From Lingula anatina (Eukaryota > Animalia > Brachiopoda): a DNA stretch of 64,000 nt. The stretch lies in the NCBI GenBank assembly GCA_051362555.1, contig CM120643.1:16682848-16746847 (forward strand), given 5' to 3'. Made by a program: the position numbers and the translations under genes. Below the pieces are notes generated by a model. The model had not been told where the DNA came from and did not search any database. It worked only from the letters and a program-made list of their open reading frames with translations. This document shows, piece after piece, positions 1 to 14,151 of this stretch (position 1 is the first letter of the stretch; every line of letters starts with the position of its first letter).

Positions 1-462
1 TATGAACAAACTGAACAGGTACTTGTGTATTACATGTAAATCAACAACTGGTATATGAACAGAACCTTAAACAATCTGTCCTGTTCCGGTTGTATCATAA
101 TTCTATGTCATTTCAGGATGTGTGTACATTATGTCATCAGCCACAGAAGAGCTGAGGACTGTTGTATTATCAGTCCAGCCTGTCACACCATGCCAGCAGT
201 TTGAATTTAAAACAAGTGGACTGGTCTCAGGAGCTGTTTGTGAGCACTGCGTCACTGGAACATGGATATCTCCACAGGTGTCGGCACAAGAAAACTTGTG
301 AACTCACTGGATGTAAGATTCTGGTAAGAGATTTGTCATGAACCACAGTTACATGTTCACTCACTGAAGCTGTGTAATTATGAAAATTTAGGAAAAGTTA
401 CCAACTATTAAAAATTGAAATTAAAGGATGAGACAAGTCTGAAATATTTTCAAATATCTTAG

Positions 463-1388
463 CATGGGCGTAACTAGGCATACGCATGGATGCATTGTGC
501 GTACAATTTTTTGGCCAACCATGGTATTATTTCATATAAATTTAGTGTATTTTTCACGGAATATAAAGAAATCCTCTGCTTATTAAAGTCACCTGTAAAA
601 ACAAATCCTCTGTATCAATTGTATAGGCACAATTGTTCTGACCCCTCCTCCCCCCGTCTTGCAAACTGAGGTAAACAATGCCTGTAACCTTAACAAGTCC
701 TATCTTAAACGTACATCTAACTAAAACTTCCTTTACCTCTTAATTGGAGGGTTCAGTGGCCCTCAACTCTTCTGTACCTTCTTTCTTGAGAATATCTGGC
801 GATATTTATCTCAGGTAAAAATCTGCCTGAGTGTTATTTTCAAAGAGCAGCTCCCGCACTAGATAAAATCTGGACACCAGGTTTAAGAAGGAGCTAGAGA
901 AACAAAGGAAGAATTTTTCCTGCAAAGCTTCAAAGAATTTTGACACGGACTTGACCCAGCTTACCCCTCCAAACTAACAGGGTGACAGGGGCAATTTTTA
1001 CAAACAAATAATTAAACTTAGATATATCAAAGCTCTGTCGTGTCGTAAAATTGGTTGTTTTTGGGAACCATGCATCCACATGTAAGGTGAATGAAACCGT
1101 ATGTTAGTTCAACTCAGAGGATCCAGGATTATTCAAAGGGAGTTCCACATATGCGAAGCTAGCCTCCTTTTAAATAAATATACCGTTCTGGGTAATAAGA
1201 ATATTGAAACTTTTTTAATTTAAATATTTCTGACTAAATGATCATTTTATTATTAATGAAAATTAAGCTGCGATGTGTGGTACATATGCTGTAATTACGC
1301 TGTCCTTCATCTCTTGCGTTAGTCTACATTTTGCTGGGAATTTTAAAAATCTGTGCGTACAATTTTTAAAGGTCTGGTTACGCCCCTG
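463..1388. mobile_element. Non-autonomous DNA transposon with CATGGGCGTAAC/GTTACGCCCCTG TIRs
   Basis: Imperfect TIRs flanked by the direct repeat CTTAG (458-462, 1389-1393); the motif TGTGCGTACAATTTTT occurs near both ends; no transposase ORF. Confidence 0.7.
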
Positions 1389-1920
1389 CTTAGTAAATGT
1401 TTTATTTTATCATAACACTTTTAATTAACATAATATAATTCTCATTTGTAGTGAATTTAGCAATCTTTATTATTGTACAATCCAACTATTTCAGTTTCAA
1501 ATAAACATTATTATTATTATTGTTAATCTGTATGACATACACTATATGCTATAGCTAAAGAGATGCTGAAGAGGGGGGGGTGGAATGGGGAAGGGGGTTG
1601 CTAGTTATGATTTATTGCCATATCAGATGTCACTTAGGAGCTATGAATTGTCCCTTTTTAAAGAAAAAAATGATCTGTTTTGATTTATAGACTTGTATTT
1701 TTCAGAATTGTGGTGTTTAAAATCAAAACATATGGCAGTGTGTTAATGTTTAAAAAAATTATTAGTACTGGCATTTTATTTGCCTATTAAACTTTATTAA
1801 AAAGTGCTAAGAAAACCTTGTCTGTTAATATCACAAGCTGTTAATTAGCTGACTGATATACCAGTACTAGTATCCTTATTATGCTGACGATTTTGCATGA
1901 CCTGGTGCAATGGTATTACA

Positions 1921-2146
1921 CCCCATTTCCATAGATTTTTAGATCGATCTATCCCTGTAGGGAGTCTCACTAGATTATTGTCAGCTTGGCCGGCTTAAGC
2001 GTCTGTCCCGCCTACTAAAAGCTGTAAGGGGGTAATTAACTATGGTGCCCGCTCGGCTGACTGCAATTTAGCGTGAACCGCCAGGGAGTTAGGTCGATCT
2101 AAAACTTAATCTTTAGATCGATCTAAATCTCTGGGAAAGCACCCTT
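1921..2146. mobile_element. Palindromic PIF/Harbinger-type MITE (AGATCGATCT family)
   Basis: Imperfect foldback with central GGGGGTAATTAAC; near reverse complement of 32199-32413 and similar to 9726-9975. Confidence 0.75.
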
Positions 2147-3578
2147 AGCCTTGAGATACATCCATGTACCTGAGATGTGTTGTGAGATGGTCAGAATTAT
2201 AATGACCTCTTTGTTTAAGTTTCATAAATGCATTATAAGTTAAACTTTGTCATAACATACCTTAAATGTCGCTCTGTGTGATTACATATTGCTAACGCGT
2301 GTTTCCAGTTTAGATGTGGTGATCAATGTTGTGATGACCCATATCATAAGGATATCATTTTATTACAATCAGCAGTTAAGCCATACAGAGCCATTCTACC
2401 ATCACCCTTGGTTTTACATGCACTTCAATTACAAATAAAGCAACAGGTAGATTTGATTATATCGACCTGATGGCTTATACTGAGACAATTCCCTGCAGAT
2501 CTCACCAAGATGGGCCAGTCCCTTTTGCCTGGAAATGCAGCATAAATGAGCAGTATACTGAGTTTGGTTGTGTTTAATCAAGTCAAGATCATGACCTCTG
2601 CTCTAAGAGCACAGAAGATGAAAGTTTGTCACAACAGTGTACTTTCGCAAGTACAAATATGTAGTAACCCTAATCCCATTTACATATTGTTTTGTAGGCT
2701 ATTGCAGTGTATCTGTACACATTGGTGACATTTTGAACTTGCACAGTCAATGAAAACAGCCAATGTATATTTGGTATTGGGCTCATAGTCAGGTAAGTAA
2801 TTATGCTGCACCTTTTTGCGTGATGTTCATGCACTCCTGCATACATGTACATATTCATAGAGTACATTTTTATCAGTTTCGTGATGACAAAAGTTAACTG
2901 TCTCCTTGGTTTAGGCAACTGTTATTATTGTGCTCTCACTGGACTTGTTTTTAAGTATTGTTTTCATTGTATCTTGTGAAAAGGCGATTTAATGTAGATT
3001 GTTTTTTAAGAGACTGAAAGTGTTTTTACATGTAACAGTGCCTGTGAGGAGATACATGTAGTTACAACCTTGATGAATGAGGACTGAAGATGTTTATACA
3101 TTGACATGCAAACCTTCTTTAATATTATAGGTTCAGCTTTAATTCCTTGCAGGTTGGGTTGCTGCACATGAAGCACTGGTGAAGTGACAGTCTAATTCAA
3201 CAAAATTTATTTTGATTGCAACACATTTGGGACTACAGTCTAATAGTGACAGGGGAAAAAAAGAAAAAAGGCAAGTCTGAATCTCTCTCTCTCTATTCCT
3301 TTGATTGTTCATTTTTTGACAGTATTTTTGTTAATACATTTGTTAAAAATTGTTTATTTGGCTCACACAACATAAAAAATAATTAAAGGCTGACTGTTAC
3401 CTTGGGTTGGATATTTGTATGTTGATGATGGTTATGTTTACTACATGCACCACTACCAACTGTGATTTTGTACAACTTTAAAAATTGGAATCCTGCTGAA
3501 AAGCTAGTGAATTTTGACCAAGTGCATCATACTCTCAGTCTGGAATTGTCAAGAGATTTAAAGAACCTCTGAAACTTG

Positions 3579-3835
3579 GGCTTCGTTCACATGCAATGTC
3601 TATTTTCTAATTTCTATTTTCTATTTGCGCTATCTTATGATCACGGTCTGTGCCCTGAATATCCCGCCGCGTAATTACTGGCAGCGTGAGCCAGTTACTT
3701 ATAGTAACTTAAAGTAACTGGCTCGCGCTGCCAGTAATTACGCCGCGGGATATTCAGGCCACAGACCGTGATCATAAGACATACCGCAAATAGAAAATAG
3801 AATTTAGAAAATAGACATTGCATGTGAACGAAGCC
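3579..3835. mobile_element. 257-bp near-perfect foldback MITE (PIF/Harbinger-like)
   Basis: TIR GGCTTCGTTCACATGC extends to ~120-bp arms; 3-bp TSD TTG on both sides. Confidence 0.85.
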
Positions 3836-4024
3836 TTGGTAACCTATATGCAGTGTGAACTTCAGTGTTTGTTCCTTTATCATCAGTATCAGTACATAGA
3901 AGGTGTATTCATAAAACATTCTGTATAAAGAAACCATGCATGTTTATACCTGTAATATATGTGACAACAGACCTGTAGCCAGCATTGTCAAAGGTACACT
4001 GCCATGAGGTTCTGATGAAGCTTA

Positions 4025-4324
4025 CGGGCCATTCAGAATAGAAGATCAGAGTATCAACTGGTCCAAGGATCAAATATGGCGGACCCTACATGAAAGGAAG
4101 ACCGCTTAATCCAGTAATGGTCTCTCCACCTCTCACACGGCTCCCCATGCATCATCCCTGCAGGGGCACAGTAATTAAATCTCGGCTCCATTGGACCGGA
4201 TGCGTTGAGAGTCGTGTGAGAGGCAGAGTGACCATTACGGGAAGCAGTCTTCCTTTCATGTAGGGTGTGCCATATTTGATCTTTGGACCAGTTGATACTT
4301 GGATCTTCTATTCTGAATGGCCCC
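4025..4324. mobile_element. 300-bp foldback MITE (PIF/Harbinger-like)
   Basis: Ends GGGCCATTCAGAATAGAAGATC / GATCTTCTATTCTGAATGGCCC; TTA TSD at 4022-4024 and 4325-4327. Confidence 0.85.
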
Positions 4325-6552
4325 TTAGTGTGTTCATAGATCAAATGTTGATTCAGACTGGACCTTTTACAGCCAAAGTGGCAGTTCCTTAGAAACTGCT
4401 GAACTCCCCTGACTACAGATCTTAAAAATAACACTTTAAAGATTAAAAGTGATTATTAAAGCCTGAAATTTGATGTCTTGGTTTGTGATAAAACCATCTT
4501 GTGTCTCCTGAGAGCATTTTGCCAGGATGGCCTGAGAAAAAAATCATATAAATTATATAAATTGTATAATTTACATGCATAACGCTACAGGCTAATAACT
4601 TAAATCAGCTGAATGCCTATCAGACAAAATTTGTAGTGGTCACATGTTTATTGCGGCAGGTTTTTCTCATTACTACCTCCTGATATGTGTAGTCCCATAT
4701 CATTGAGGAAAATATATACTTTATAACTCTTAGCTAATGGTGTAATTTATTGCTTTTATCACCCAATAAATTTGATAATTTTGAGGAAAATATTTGCATG
4801 TATATATATATACTTTTTAAATCGTATCAAATGTTCTAATTTATTGCTATTATCACCTGATAAATTAGATAATTTTGAGGAAAATAGTTTTTAATAAATT
4901 ATTACCTGAAGCAAATGTTCAAATTTATTGTTTTTATCACCCAATAAATTAGATATTTTTTTAATGTCTGCAAAAAAAAAAAAAAATTGGTCTTATTTTC
5001 ATGCTTATTTACCCTCAAGCCCAGGAAGGAGAGGTATTTGTCGCATACAAATACATCCATGAATACATGCACGGTGTGTGAACACTTTAGTTCCTGTTGG
5101 GAAGCTACAATGTGCAGGTACACAAAGAATGAATTGAGTTTATCTAGGTTGAAATTTTAAAAAAATCTGGTTCATAGTGTATTGACATGTGAACCTTCAT
5201 GCATGCATGTGTGTACATTAACATATCAAAGTACTGTACTGGCAAACTTGTTACAGCCTATATTGTATAAGATAAGATTGAAGGCCTTTTTTTGGTCATA
5301 TATGAAGCTTATGCTCTTAGTCATGTAGTCAGTAACTGGAGAATATACTTTATATGGAATGGAATTGTGCAGGATGGCAGTATCAGCCTGAGACCTTTCA
5401 CTAGGTAATTATGACGTAGATGGACAAATTTACTTACAAGTTTGTAACATGGTAATTAAATGCCATTAATGATACAATAATGTAATATAGACTCCTGTAT
5501 TTTAGCCTCATCCAAACTTGTACTTTTAAGTAAAAGTTTTCAGTACAATATATAATGCAGAGCTTGTAAAATAAATGAAATACAAACAATAGAGTAAAGC
5601 ATAATTGCAATCAACACAGAGTTTTATGCCATTAGTCATTGTCACATGTATTTAATCATACTTATTTTGCTGAGCTGTATTTTTAAAACTGCAAGTGGCA
5701 GTAAAACTGCTCAAAGAGAATTAAGACGTACCTAGCTCTTTCACAAATTAGCATAAATATGTTGACATTTATTGTGGGTCATGATATCTTTACTATAAAA
5801 ACCTAAGGATTTAGTGTTTATGAATAATTTTCCTGTTGTAAAAATATTTTATCTAGGTAAAGCTGTTACCTATTTATTTCTGACATTTTCAAGTGGCATT
5901 GACCTTGATTAAACTTCAAGATAAAAAACTTTGTTGGCAAATGGTTTCCACTTCTATAGCCATATATCACCCTAACCTCCAAGTTCTAAACTGTCCTCGT
6001 ATGAATTTTTTAAAGATCACAGTTTTGCTGTAGCGTGTACTCACAATGAATCTTTATTGTACTAGCTACTGCACACTAACTCCACATAGGCTCTTGCTGA
6101 ATTCAATCAGATTAACATGCCTTCTCCTGGCAATCAGTAAAATACAGAAAAGCTATTATGCAAGTATGTTGTTAAAAAAGAGGAGGCGTTTAATCTTATT
6201 GCATTCAGCGAGAGTCCCTGTGGAATTAGTGTGCAGAAGACAGTGTGAAAGACTGCTGAAATTGTGGGATTGACCTGTTTCCATAACCTGGATGTTTGCA
6301 AACATTTTTTCACTATCAGTTCAAGACAAGCAAAAAATGGAAACAGGATAACCTATCTTTCCATGCCCTTAAATAAATTGGTTTAGCTAAGATTTATCAT
6401 GTTAATCACACAGCTCCAGTAGATAACAGATAATACCATAATACCTGTTTATATGTCTTTTTGTTGATTTAACCTAAATTAATTTTGAGACATTTACCCG
6501 GGCAACTTCTTGCTACCTGTCCTTATGAGGTGATTTACAAAGTGTGTGTGTG

Positions 6553-6758
6553 AGGGAGCATTCAGATAGACACATGGTACTAGTTGGGCTGGCCCAACTC
6601 TCTGGGGGTTCTCACTAAGTGCCATGTACTTAACTGAATGACACAGTTCCTCAAACAGCTAGGGGGTAATTACTTATCGTGTGGTGTTTAAGCTGATTCT
6701 ACTGATTGCACTTTAGTGAGAATCCTCCGCAGAGTTGAATGTGCATCTAAATGCGCCC
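6553..6758. mobile_element. PIF/Harbinger-type MITE, internally deleted relative of 27968-28231
   Basis: Ends GGGAGCATTCAGATAGACACATGGTACTAG...ATCTAAATGCGCCC; GGGGGTAATTA core. Confidence 0.7.
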
Positions 6759-8517
6759 TAAGGTCTCATTCCTCTTGCACGCCCCCTCCCAATGACAAAT
6801 ACTGCACCTCCTTTTTATTGTCTATCACTTAAGATTTGTAAATAAATTGATCAACAATTTAAGAGAACAAATCTTACATTATCTTGTAGAGTATTTTTGC
6901 TTAGTGGTACCTTTGGAATGTACCATGCTCACCCTGCCCTCCAAAATAAACCATACAATGTCCACACTGCAGGTATGTAAACAGCCATGAAAGGGCGTGA
7001 AACAGATGCCATAAAAGCTCAGTATACAATTTGATAAAAGGTAATAAAGAAATAAAGATGTAGGTCTAGGTCACAACTGATAACATGTATACTCCTCGTA
7101 TCACGTACATTAAGGTTTATCAGAAAATAATTGATTCATTTTGGTGGGCAACATATCCAGTAAGAACAGGTAGGTGTGGTTATTGCATTGGACTAATATA
7201 AAACTTGTTTTTTTACAAAGAAAAAAAACTTTGCTGTTGCCTCATTGTATTTCAGTGAAAAAGTTAGTTGTCTACAGGTACCAGTATATGTTACTAGTAC
7301 AGTTTCACAGCGACAGGTAAAACTGCTAACCTGATGATTAATTGGATGAAAGTTTTTAGGATTATGCCTGATTTCAGGATTTTCAATCTTCCTTTTGATT
7401 ATTTTTTCTCATATGGTCTAAAAGTGATGAGAAATTGCTAGTTACTTTTTCAAGATTTTCAGTTTTTACAACTTCCACCTAGGTGATAGTTTTTTTATTT
7501 TGTCTGTGGATAACTTGATTATAAATTTCGTTCATGTGGTCTTTTCCAGCCAAAACTTTAAATCTTCATCAAACCTATGACTAATTGGCTAAAACAGTGA
7601 AACATATTTATTTTCAAATAATTTTTCTTTAAGCTAATTTGAATCACCCATTTAAGGCATTTCCAAAGATATTTATTGTATTCTATCTTTAGCCTGGTTT
7701 CAAGCTAACTACTGTAGCTTGGTATCTGGTGTACATAACCCTGTTAAGGTCAAGTCAACATCCTTTTGTAGAAGATGATATCCTTGGATGTGATGAAGTC
7801 ATGTACCTAGCTTTTAGTGCCTGATCTTACCTGTTGTTAACTTAAACCGAATACTATACAGAGTTTATTTGATATCATGTGGCGAAAAAGTTCTCATGCA
7901 GATTCCCATACACAGGCCTTCTGGGAATGGCTATCAATTAAAAAAAAATAATGGTTTTATTCATCTTGTTACTTTTCATTTATTTTCAGTTTTACTCTAA
8001 TTATATTTTGAATTATTATAATAATAATTTCTTTTTGCTACAGCTTTTTAGTTCATTTGCTTGTGTCTGTCAGAATTTGTAACTACTGAATCTTTCTAAC
8101 CATTTTATGCCTAGTCAGGATCTTGAATTTTCATATCTTTTAGAACTGGTGAAGTTTTAAAACATTTGAAAAGGTCATGAACATGGCATATTTCACTACA
8201 TGTAATTGTCACATTTGCTTTGTTTTGTTAAAAAAAAACCCATCTAAATGCCTATTTAAGTCATGAGCATATATGAGTTTGTTACTTGGTAGTATACTTC
8301 TTGTTTAAGTTAAACCCATTCTGCAGTAACCTCATACTAGCAATTTCCCCGGTCATGTAGTTTTTGTGTTGATTAGACACAAAAAGTGAGTTCTCTTATT
8401 TTATGTTTATAATTTTAGTACTAACTATTATAGTTATGCATATCATTATTCTCAAAGTTACTAGAATGGTATGTTTCTTTTTATTTTCCAGGTTTGAGTC
8501 GCATGTAACTAATCAAA

Positions 8518-11500
8518 ATGTCTGAAGAACACAAGGGACCTGCCTTAACGTCCGACTCCAAACAGGACCTGGGCATTTCTGAATCCAAAGGGAAAGCATA
8601 CGCTCACACCTTCTCCAAGAAACGCATCATCAAGAACCTGATCATTGTCAGCTTTGCCTTCATGTTCTTGTTCACAGCTTTCCAGGCCTTGGGTGCCCTC
8701 CAGAGCAGCTTGAATAAGGAGGAGGGCCTTGGGGTGTATGGGCTGGCCATCATTTATGGTGCCCTGATAGTCTCTTGTTTGTTCTTACCCACTCCCCTCA
8801 TTGCACTACTGGGCTGCAAGTGGACTATCGTTGTATCTATGTGCTGCTATGTCTTATACATTGTTGCCAACTTCTATGCTATCTGGGGAACCATTGCACC
8901 TTCCTCAGTGATTTTGGGATTTGGGGCGGCACCTTTGTGGTCAGCAAAGTGTACCTACCTCACCGAGACAGCCATTCATTATGGAAAGCTAACAGGAGAA
9001 TCAAAAGATGCTGCTGTGAATAAGTTTTTTGGCATATTCTTTGCATTTTTTCAAACCAGTGAGCACCATTTCATTAGTTTTGTTGCATAACAAATTGAAG
9101 TATGTCTCTAGCAATGGAAATATCTGAGCCACAGGCTATAAGAAAAACATTAATGTCATGAAATAAACCAACAAGTTTAGCTGCATAAGCATTATGAAAA
9201 AAAATATCAAGCAAAACATCATTAAAAGTTCACACCTATTTTATGTAAAGCCTTTGATAGAAATTTAATCAATATGAGTTAATTGCATAATACATTAGTA
9301 TATACTTGTACAATTGTCAGATTTTTTAAAAACCGTAGTACATATTTTTTCAGGTTCAGTGTGGGGCAATCTGATATCATCTTTGGTCTTTAGCCAAAAG
9401 CGTGACAATGAAACTGAAATCCCTGAGGAGCTTCTTGCTAAATGTGGTGCTGCATATTGCACAGGGGATGAAACAATTGGCAACGTGACCAACGTAGGAC
9501 TGGAGAAACCACCATATGAAAGAGTGAGGCAGCTTTATCATTAAATACTAAAATTATAAATGATAAGTTATAATAATTCATACTGAATAAAATAATTGTT
9601 TTTATTTGGAGTAAAATTTTCATTGAGTGATATTAGATCCATAGAGGACCTTTGGTTGATGTTACCCTGCCGAGTGGATAATATCTACTCTACTCAACAC
9701 CAGGAGGAGGCGGATTAATCTCTTAGGGACCATTCCCACAAATATTTGGGTCGATCTATCTCCCTGGGGGAGTCTCACTACATTGCCATCAACTTTACCG
9801 GCTTAAATGTCTGACATGCCTAGTAAAGCTGTTAGGGGGGTAATTATCTTTATACCCCTAGCTGATTTGGTAGGTGTGACAGACATTTAAGCCAGTTAGT
9901 TGATAGCAATTTGGTGAGACTCCCCAGGGAGTTAGACCAATCCAGATGGATCAATCTAGTCATGGGAACCCAGTCTTAATCTGACTGCATTCAGCAAGGG
10001 TCCCTGCGGGGTTGGATCGATCTACACAGAACAATTGTTTCATTAGGAATGTGCCCTGACACTTGGGTGGAAATGATTGGAATGCAACTGAGAGTACTTG
10101 TTGGTGCCTGTTGTTTAGCCCAGTTATAATTGATCGTTTTATGCAGATCTGCAAACAGCCATCAAGGTTTTATATGGATGTACTTGACTAATATAAGTAT
10201 ACAAAATTAATCTTTCTTATGATATTACTTAATATAAGATACAATGATACTTGTAATTTTGTCTTTATATGTTTTTAACATACATGTTAGTTAGCACTTT
10301 TGGCTGCTCTTCATATCTGTTTGTGTTTTAATTTTCAAACATTTTCAATTTTCCAAAAATTCCATTGCATGACTACAGAATTTCATCATAAGTGTTTTTA
10401 TTTTCAGATTTTGATGCTGGTTGGAATCTATGCCGCTTGTGGTGTTATTGCCATTGCTATTGTCATCTTTTTACTGGATAAACTTGCGCTGGAGTCCAAA
10501 ACTTCTGAGGGATCCAGGAAGTTTTCTTTTGACCTTTTCATCGCCACCTTTAAACACATGAGAAGGCCAGAGCAGATTTTGCTTATTCCTCTTACCATGT
10601 ACAGTGGCTTTGAACAAGGCTTTCTAAGTGGGGATTTTACAAAGGTAAAAAAAATCATTACTTAATTTTCTAGAATAAATATTGTTATCCTCAGTTTGAA
10701 GTATAATTATGGAACCATGATTGGATACAAACCAAATATTTGAAAATGTCATTTTGAAGAGATTCACAAATCATAATGTTGATCTCAAACAAGCTATAGA
10801 TTTTAAAAATGTTGAGAGATGATCTGGATAGACATGCTATTGGGCTTGACCCCAAGTGATAAATTACAATCTAAGAAATTTAAATTGGAGTGAATTGGCC
10901 ATTATCTGTTACATGATAAATATTGTGTCATTTGTTTCAACTTAAGGGAAATTCACATCAGTTTTTAATGAGGTCTCTATTCATTTTACACTCTTATATT
11001 TCTATTCCAAGTAGCATTCATACCAGTTTTAAAGGAGGTGTTTTCTCTTTCTTTGGCCACATTCAGAACAGTGGACTAGCTAGTCCGAGGGTCAAATATG
11101 GCCAACCCAATTGAATACTTCCCCACGAAATGTCTATTAGCGGATTAGACAGCAAGCTTTGTAGTGAGTGGCCATATTTGACCCTCGGACTAGTTAGTCC
11201 CATATTCTGAATGGGGCCTTTCACTCTCAGATTTTTATTCCATGTAGCATTCACACCAGTTTTAAATGAGGTACATGTTTGCTGTTTCTTTCAGTCCTAT
11301 GTCAGCTGCACTGTGGGTATCTGGAATGTGGGCTATGTTATGATTTGTTATGGAGTGGTGGATGCTATCTGTTCTTTTACCTTTGGACGACTGGTCAAAT
11401 ACTTGGGCAGAATACCCTTCTTTGTCTTTGGTAAGAGGGTTCAAATATTTTAATTTACGAGTTCTTTTGGGGAGGTGTAATTGGAAAGGTGTCTTCAATA

Positions 11501-12797
11501 GTTGAAAGGCATTTTGTAGAAGAAAAGTCAAATATTATGCATATTGTATCTTTATTGACAAATATCTTGATTTTCTATTTCCAATACCTAAGCGGTGTTT
11601 TGCAATCAAGCCATGGTTCTACAAAGATTGATCGAATGCAATCAGTTTAACAGATTAATACACCTTTTTGTTTCCAATGTACAGCTTTTCTGTATTCCAC
11701 TCAATGCAAGGAAAAGTTAGCACTAGATTTTCTGCAAAGCTACTGCCTTCCAAATTGCAATGAGGGTATGAGAAACTTGAAGCACTTCATGGCGAATGAA
11801 TTGATAAAAAAACAAAAAAATATAATTTACTTATTGTTCTACTGATAATAAATCACTTACCTTGGAACAAAAATTGAAGTAAAACAGCTACGTTTCTTTT
11901 TTTTCTCAAGAGCATCATTGGGCTGAATACCCACAGGTCATTGGGTGTTACTGGTATAATAGTAATTGGGGTAATAATTGGCAGAATGCCTATAACATAT
12001 GAAATATTATGAAATGAGACCTTAAATCAACAATCATCCAATTTTCTTCCAGGTGCCCTATTACACTTTGGCTTACAACTGACCTTCTTGCTGTGGAAGC
12101 CCACTCCAGACCATTTTGTGGTGTACTTTGTGCTGGCAGGCTTGTGGGGGATGGGGGACGCCATATGGCAGACACAGATCAATGGTAAATATATCCACAC
12201 AGGTCTAGTACAAATATGTAAATCATGCAATTTTGTGTCCTTGTACAAATGATTCAAGTTAAAATTTGGAAAGACAAAATTCCATTGAAACTTTCACTGA
12301 AACAACTGTGAAGAGAAATAAAGAACATCAAGGGCATGTAAAATGTTCTTGCCATTCTGCCTTCTTGTTTGGCTCCTCACATACAGTACATGTACATATG
12401 GAGTACGTAGGTCACTTTCAACATTGTGATACACTACATGTAGCTATGTATATTCGAAAAGAGAGAGAAAAAGAGATACTGTGACATGTATGAAATACAA
12501 TGCGGAGCCTACTTGGTATGCACATATCAAAGCACTGGTATAATGAGGATGTTCTGTTATTTTCCAGCTTTATATGGTGTGGTGTTCCAAGACAACACTG
12601 AGCCAGCATTTTCCAACTACCGTCTCTGGGAATCCTTAGCATTTGTCTTGGCTTATGTCTTCAGCTTCCAGCTCTGCGTCAACATCAAGATTTACATCCT
12701 GATTGGTGTGCTGGGGCTAGGCATGATGGGATACTTGGCAGTGGAAATAATACAGCGAAGACAGGGGCATAATTCAGGAACAATTACCAAAGACTGA
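8518..12797 (+). CDS. UNC93A: UNC-93-like MFS membrane protein (UNC93A family), 6 coding exons, ~481 aa
   Basis: Exons 8518-9058, 9354-9523, 10408-10644, 11295-11430, 12053-12184, 12568-12797; all GT-AG with matching phases. UNC-93 motifs: FMFLFTAF..LQSSLN..GLG, GFGAAPLWSAKCTYL, VWGNLISS, LLIPLTMYSGFEQGF, WGMGDAIWQTQINALYG, AFSNYRLWES. Confidence 0.93.
9726..9975. mobile_element. PIF/Harbinger-type MITE nested in an older MITE (UNC93A intron 2)
   Basis: TTA TSD on both sides; the flanks (~9680-9725 and 9976-10056) rejoin to match the uninterrupted element at ~39776-40032. Confidence 0.75.
11056..11218. mobile_element. Short foldback MITE in UNC93A intron 3
   Basis: Arms ATTCAGAACAGTGGACTAGCTAGTCCGAGGGTCAAATATGGCC / GGCCATATTTGACCCTCGGACTAGTTAGTCC..TTCTGAAT. 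Confidence 0.75.
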
Positions 12798-13920
12798 TGA
12801 AGCAGTTATGTCTTATATGTAATATATATAGAGAGAGACATTTTAAAAAAAGATGAAATATTGGGGTATCAAATGTAAATTACGTTTTTTTTTTATGAAG
12901 TTTGTCAGTAATCACAGATAATTTTTGTAACCAGAGAAAATTTTATTTCATACATCTATAAAGCTTTCTGACATCATTGTTTTAGGATTTAATTTCTTTC
13001 ATACAGATCCAGCATTATTTTTGAGTCATTTAAAGAATCTACAGTTGGAAAGTTAGCCTATATACTTGTAGCAAGTTATATGTTTATATTTATATAATAT
13101 ACTTTTCTGCATAAGGTAATCATAATATGGTTATTACTCACATAATTCAAAGAAATTTAATTAAATATACATACCAAAATTGTTTGGAAATTTCTTCACT
13201 TGGGGTCATGTCAGTACATGTATATTTTGCAGAAGTAAAGAAAGATTAATTGTGGTATATGCACTAGTATAAGCCGAATGTCAGCATATAGTTACCATAT
13301 ACTGCATCTTCCCACAAATAATAATTTGTTCAGTACATGTAGGTCTTGTACACTTCATAAAATAAGATTTGGATGCAAGCTTTTTTATATACCATTAGCA
13401 ATAAAATTTTTACTGAAAAATATTTTTTTTTGCATTTGTTTCATTTGAATAATGGGACTTGAACCTGTGGTTCCCTACATACATAGTCTAAAGTATTTTA
13501 TTGCCTGCCAACACTGAAATTTAATACGAGTTTGGTTCAAAATTAGCCATATTATAATGAAATGGCAATGGCAGATCACTGGCCCTGATATCCCCAAAAT
13601 AGAACAAGTTTTTTATTTCCATTTTGGACACTTTATTACACATGTAATACACAATAACAGATTAGCCATTAACGGTATGATCAGGCTGATTTTCAAATTT
13701 TACCTGTATTTTTCTGTTCTTTAAGTTTGAAGACAAAAGGTAAAATGGTTGTCATTTTATTTGTTTAAAGATGGATAGAATATGCTGAAAAAAGTGAAAA
13801 AAATTTCATAAAATGCATCATATGAATGCAGTCTTTTATTCTTTGCGTTTTGTGAAACAGAGTTTCGATAGTCGGAAGGTTCATTGGTCCAAAAAACGGT
13901 AACATTTTTGTCATCAGTTT

Positions 13921-14151
13921 TTACCTCCGCCAAGGAGGTACCGATTTTGATGAAATTTTCTGGAACTGTCAGAAGTGGGCCAAGGAACAGATGATTAGTT
14001 TTTGTTGGTGATCCGGATCATTAATCAATCAATATATCAATTATCAAAAAATCAAAAAACTAAATCATTTTAGAATGAAAATTTAGGGGTGAAACGGTGG
14101 AGACTTTGCTGCCTTGGCGGAGGGCTGCGCTCTCGGAGTGCTTTTCTAGTT
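13921..14151 (+). mobile_element. Helentron-associated non-autonomous element (HINE-like)
   Basis: TTACCTCCGCCAAGG 5' end, subterminal inverted CCTTGGCGGAGG, small GCGCTCTCGGAGTGC hairpin, CTAGT end in T-rich site; second copy at 24701-24922. Confidence 0.75.

Noticed and set aside
4054-4434. 126-aa minus-strand ORF
   Set aside because: Lies over a palindromic MITE and has no recognisable protein features.
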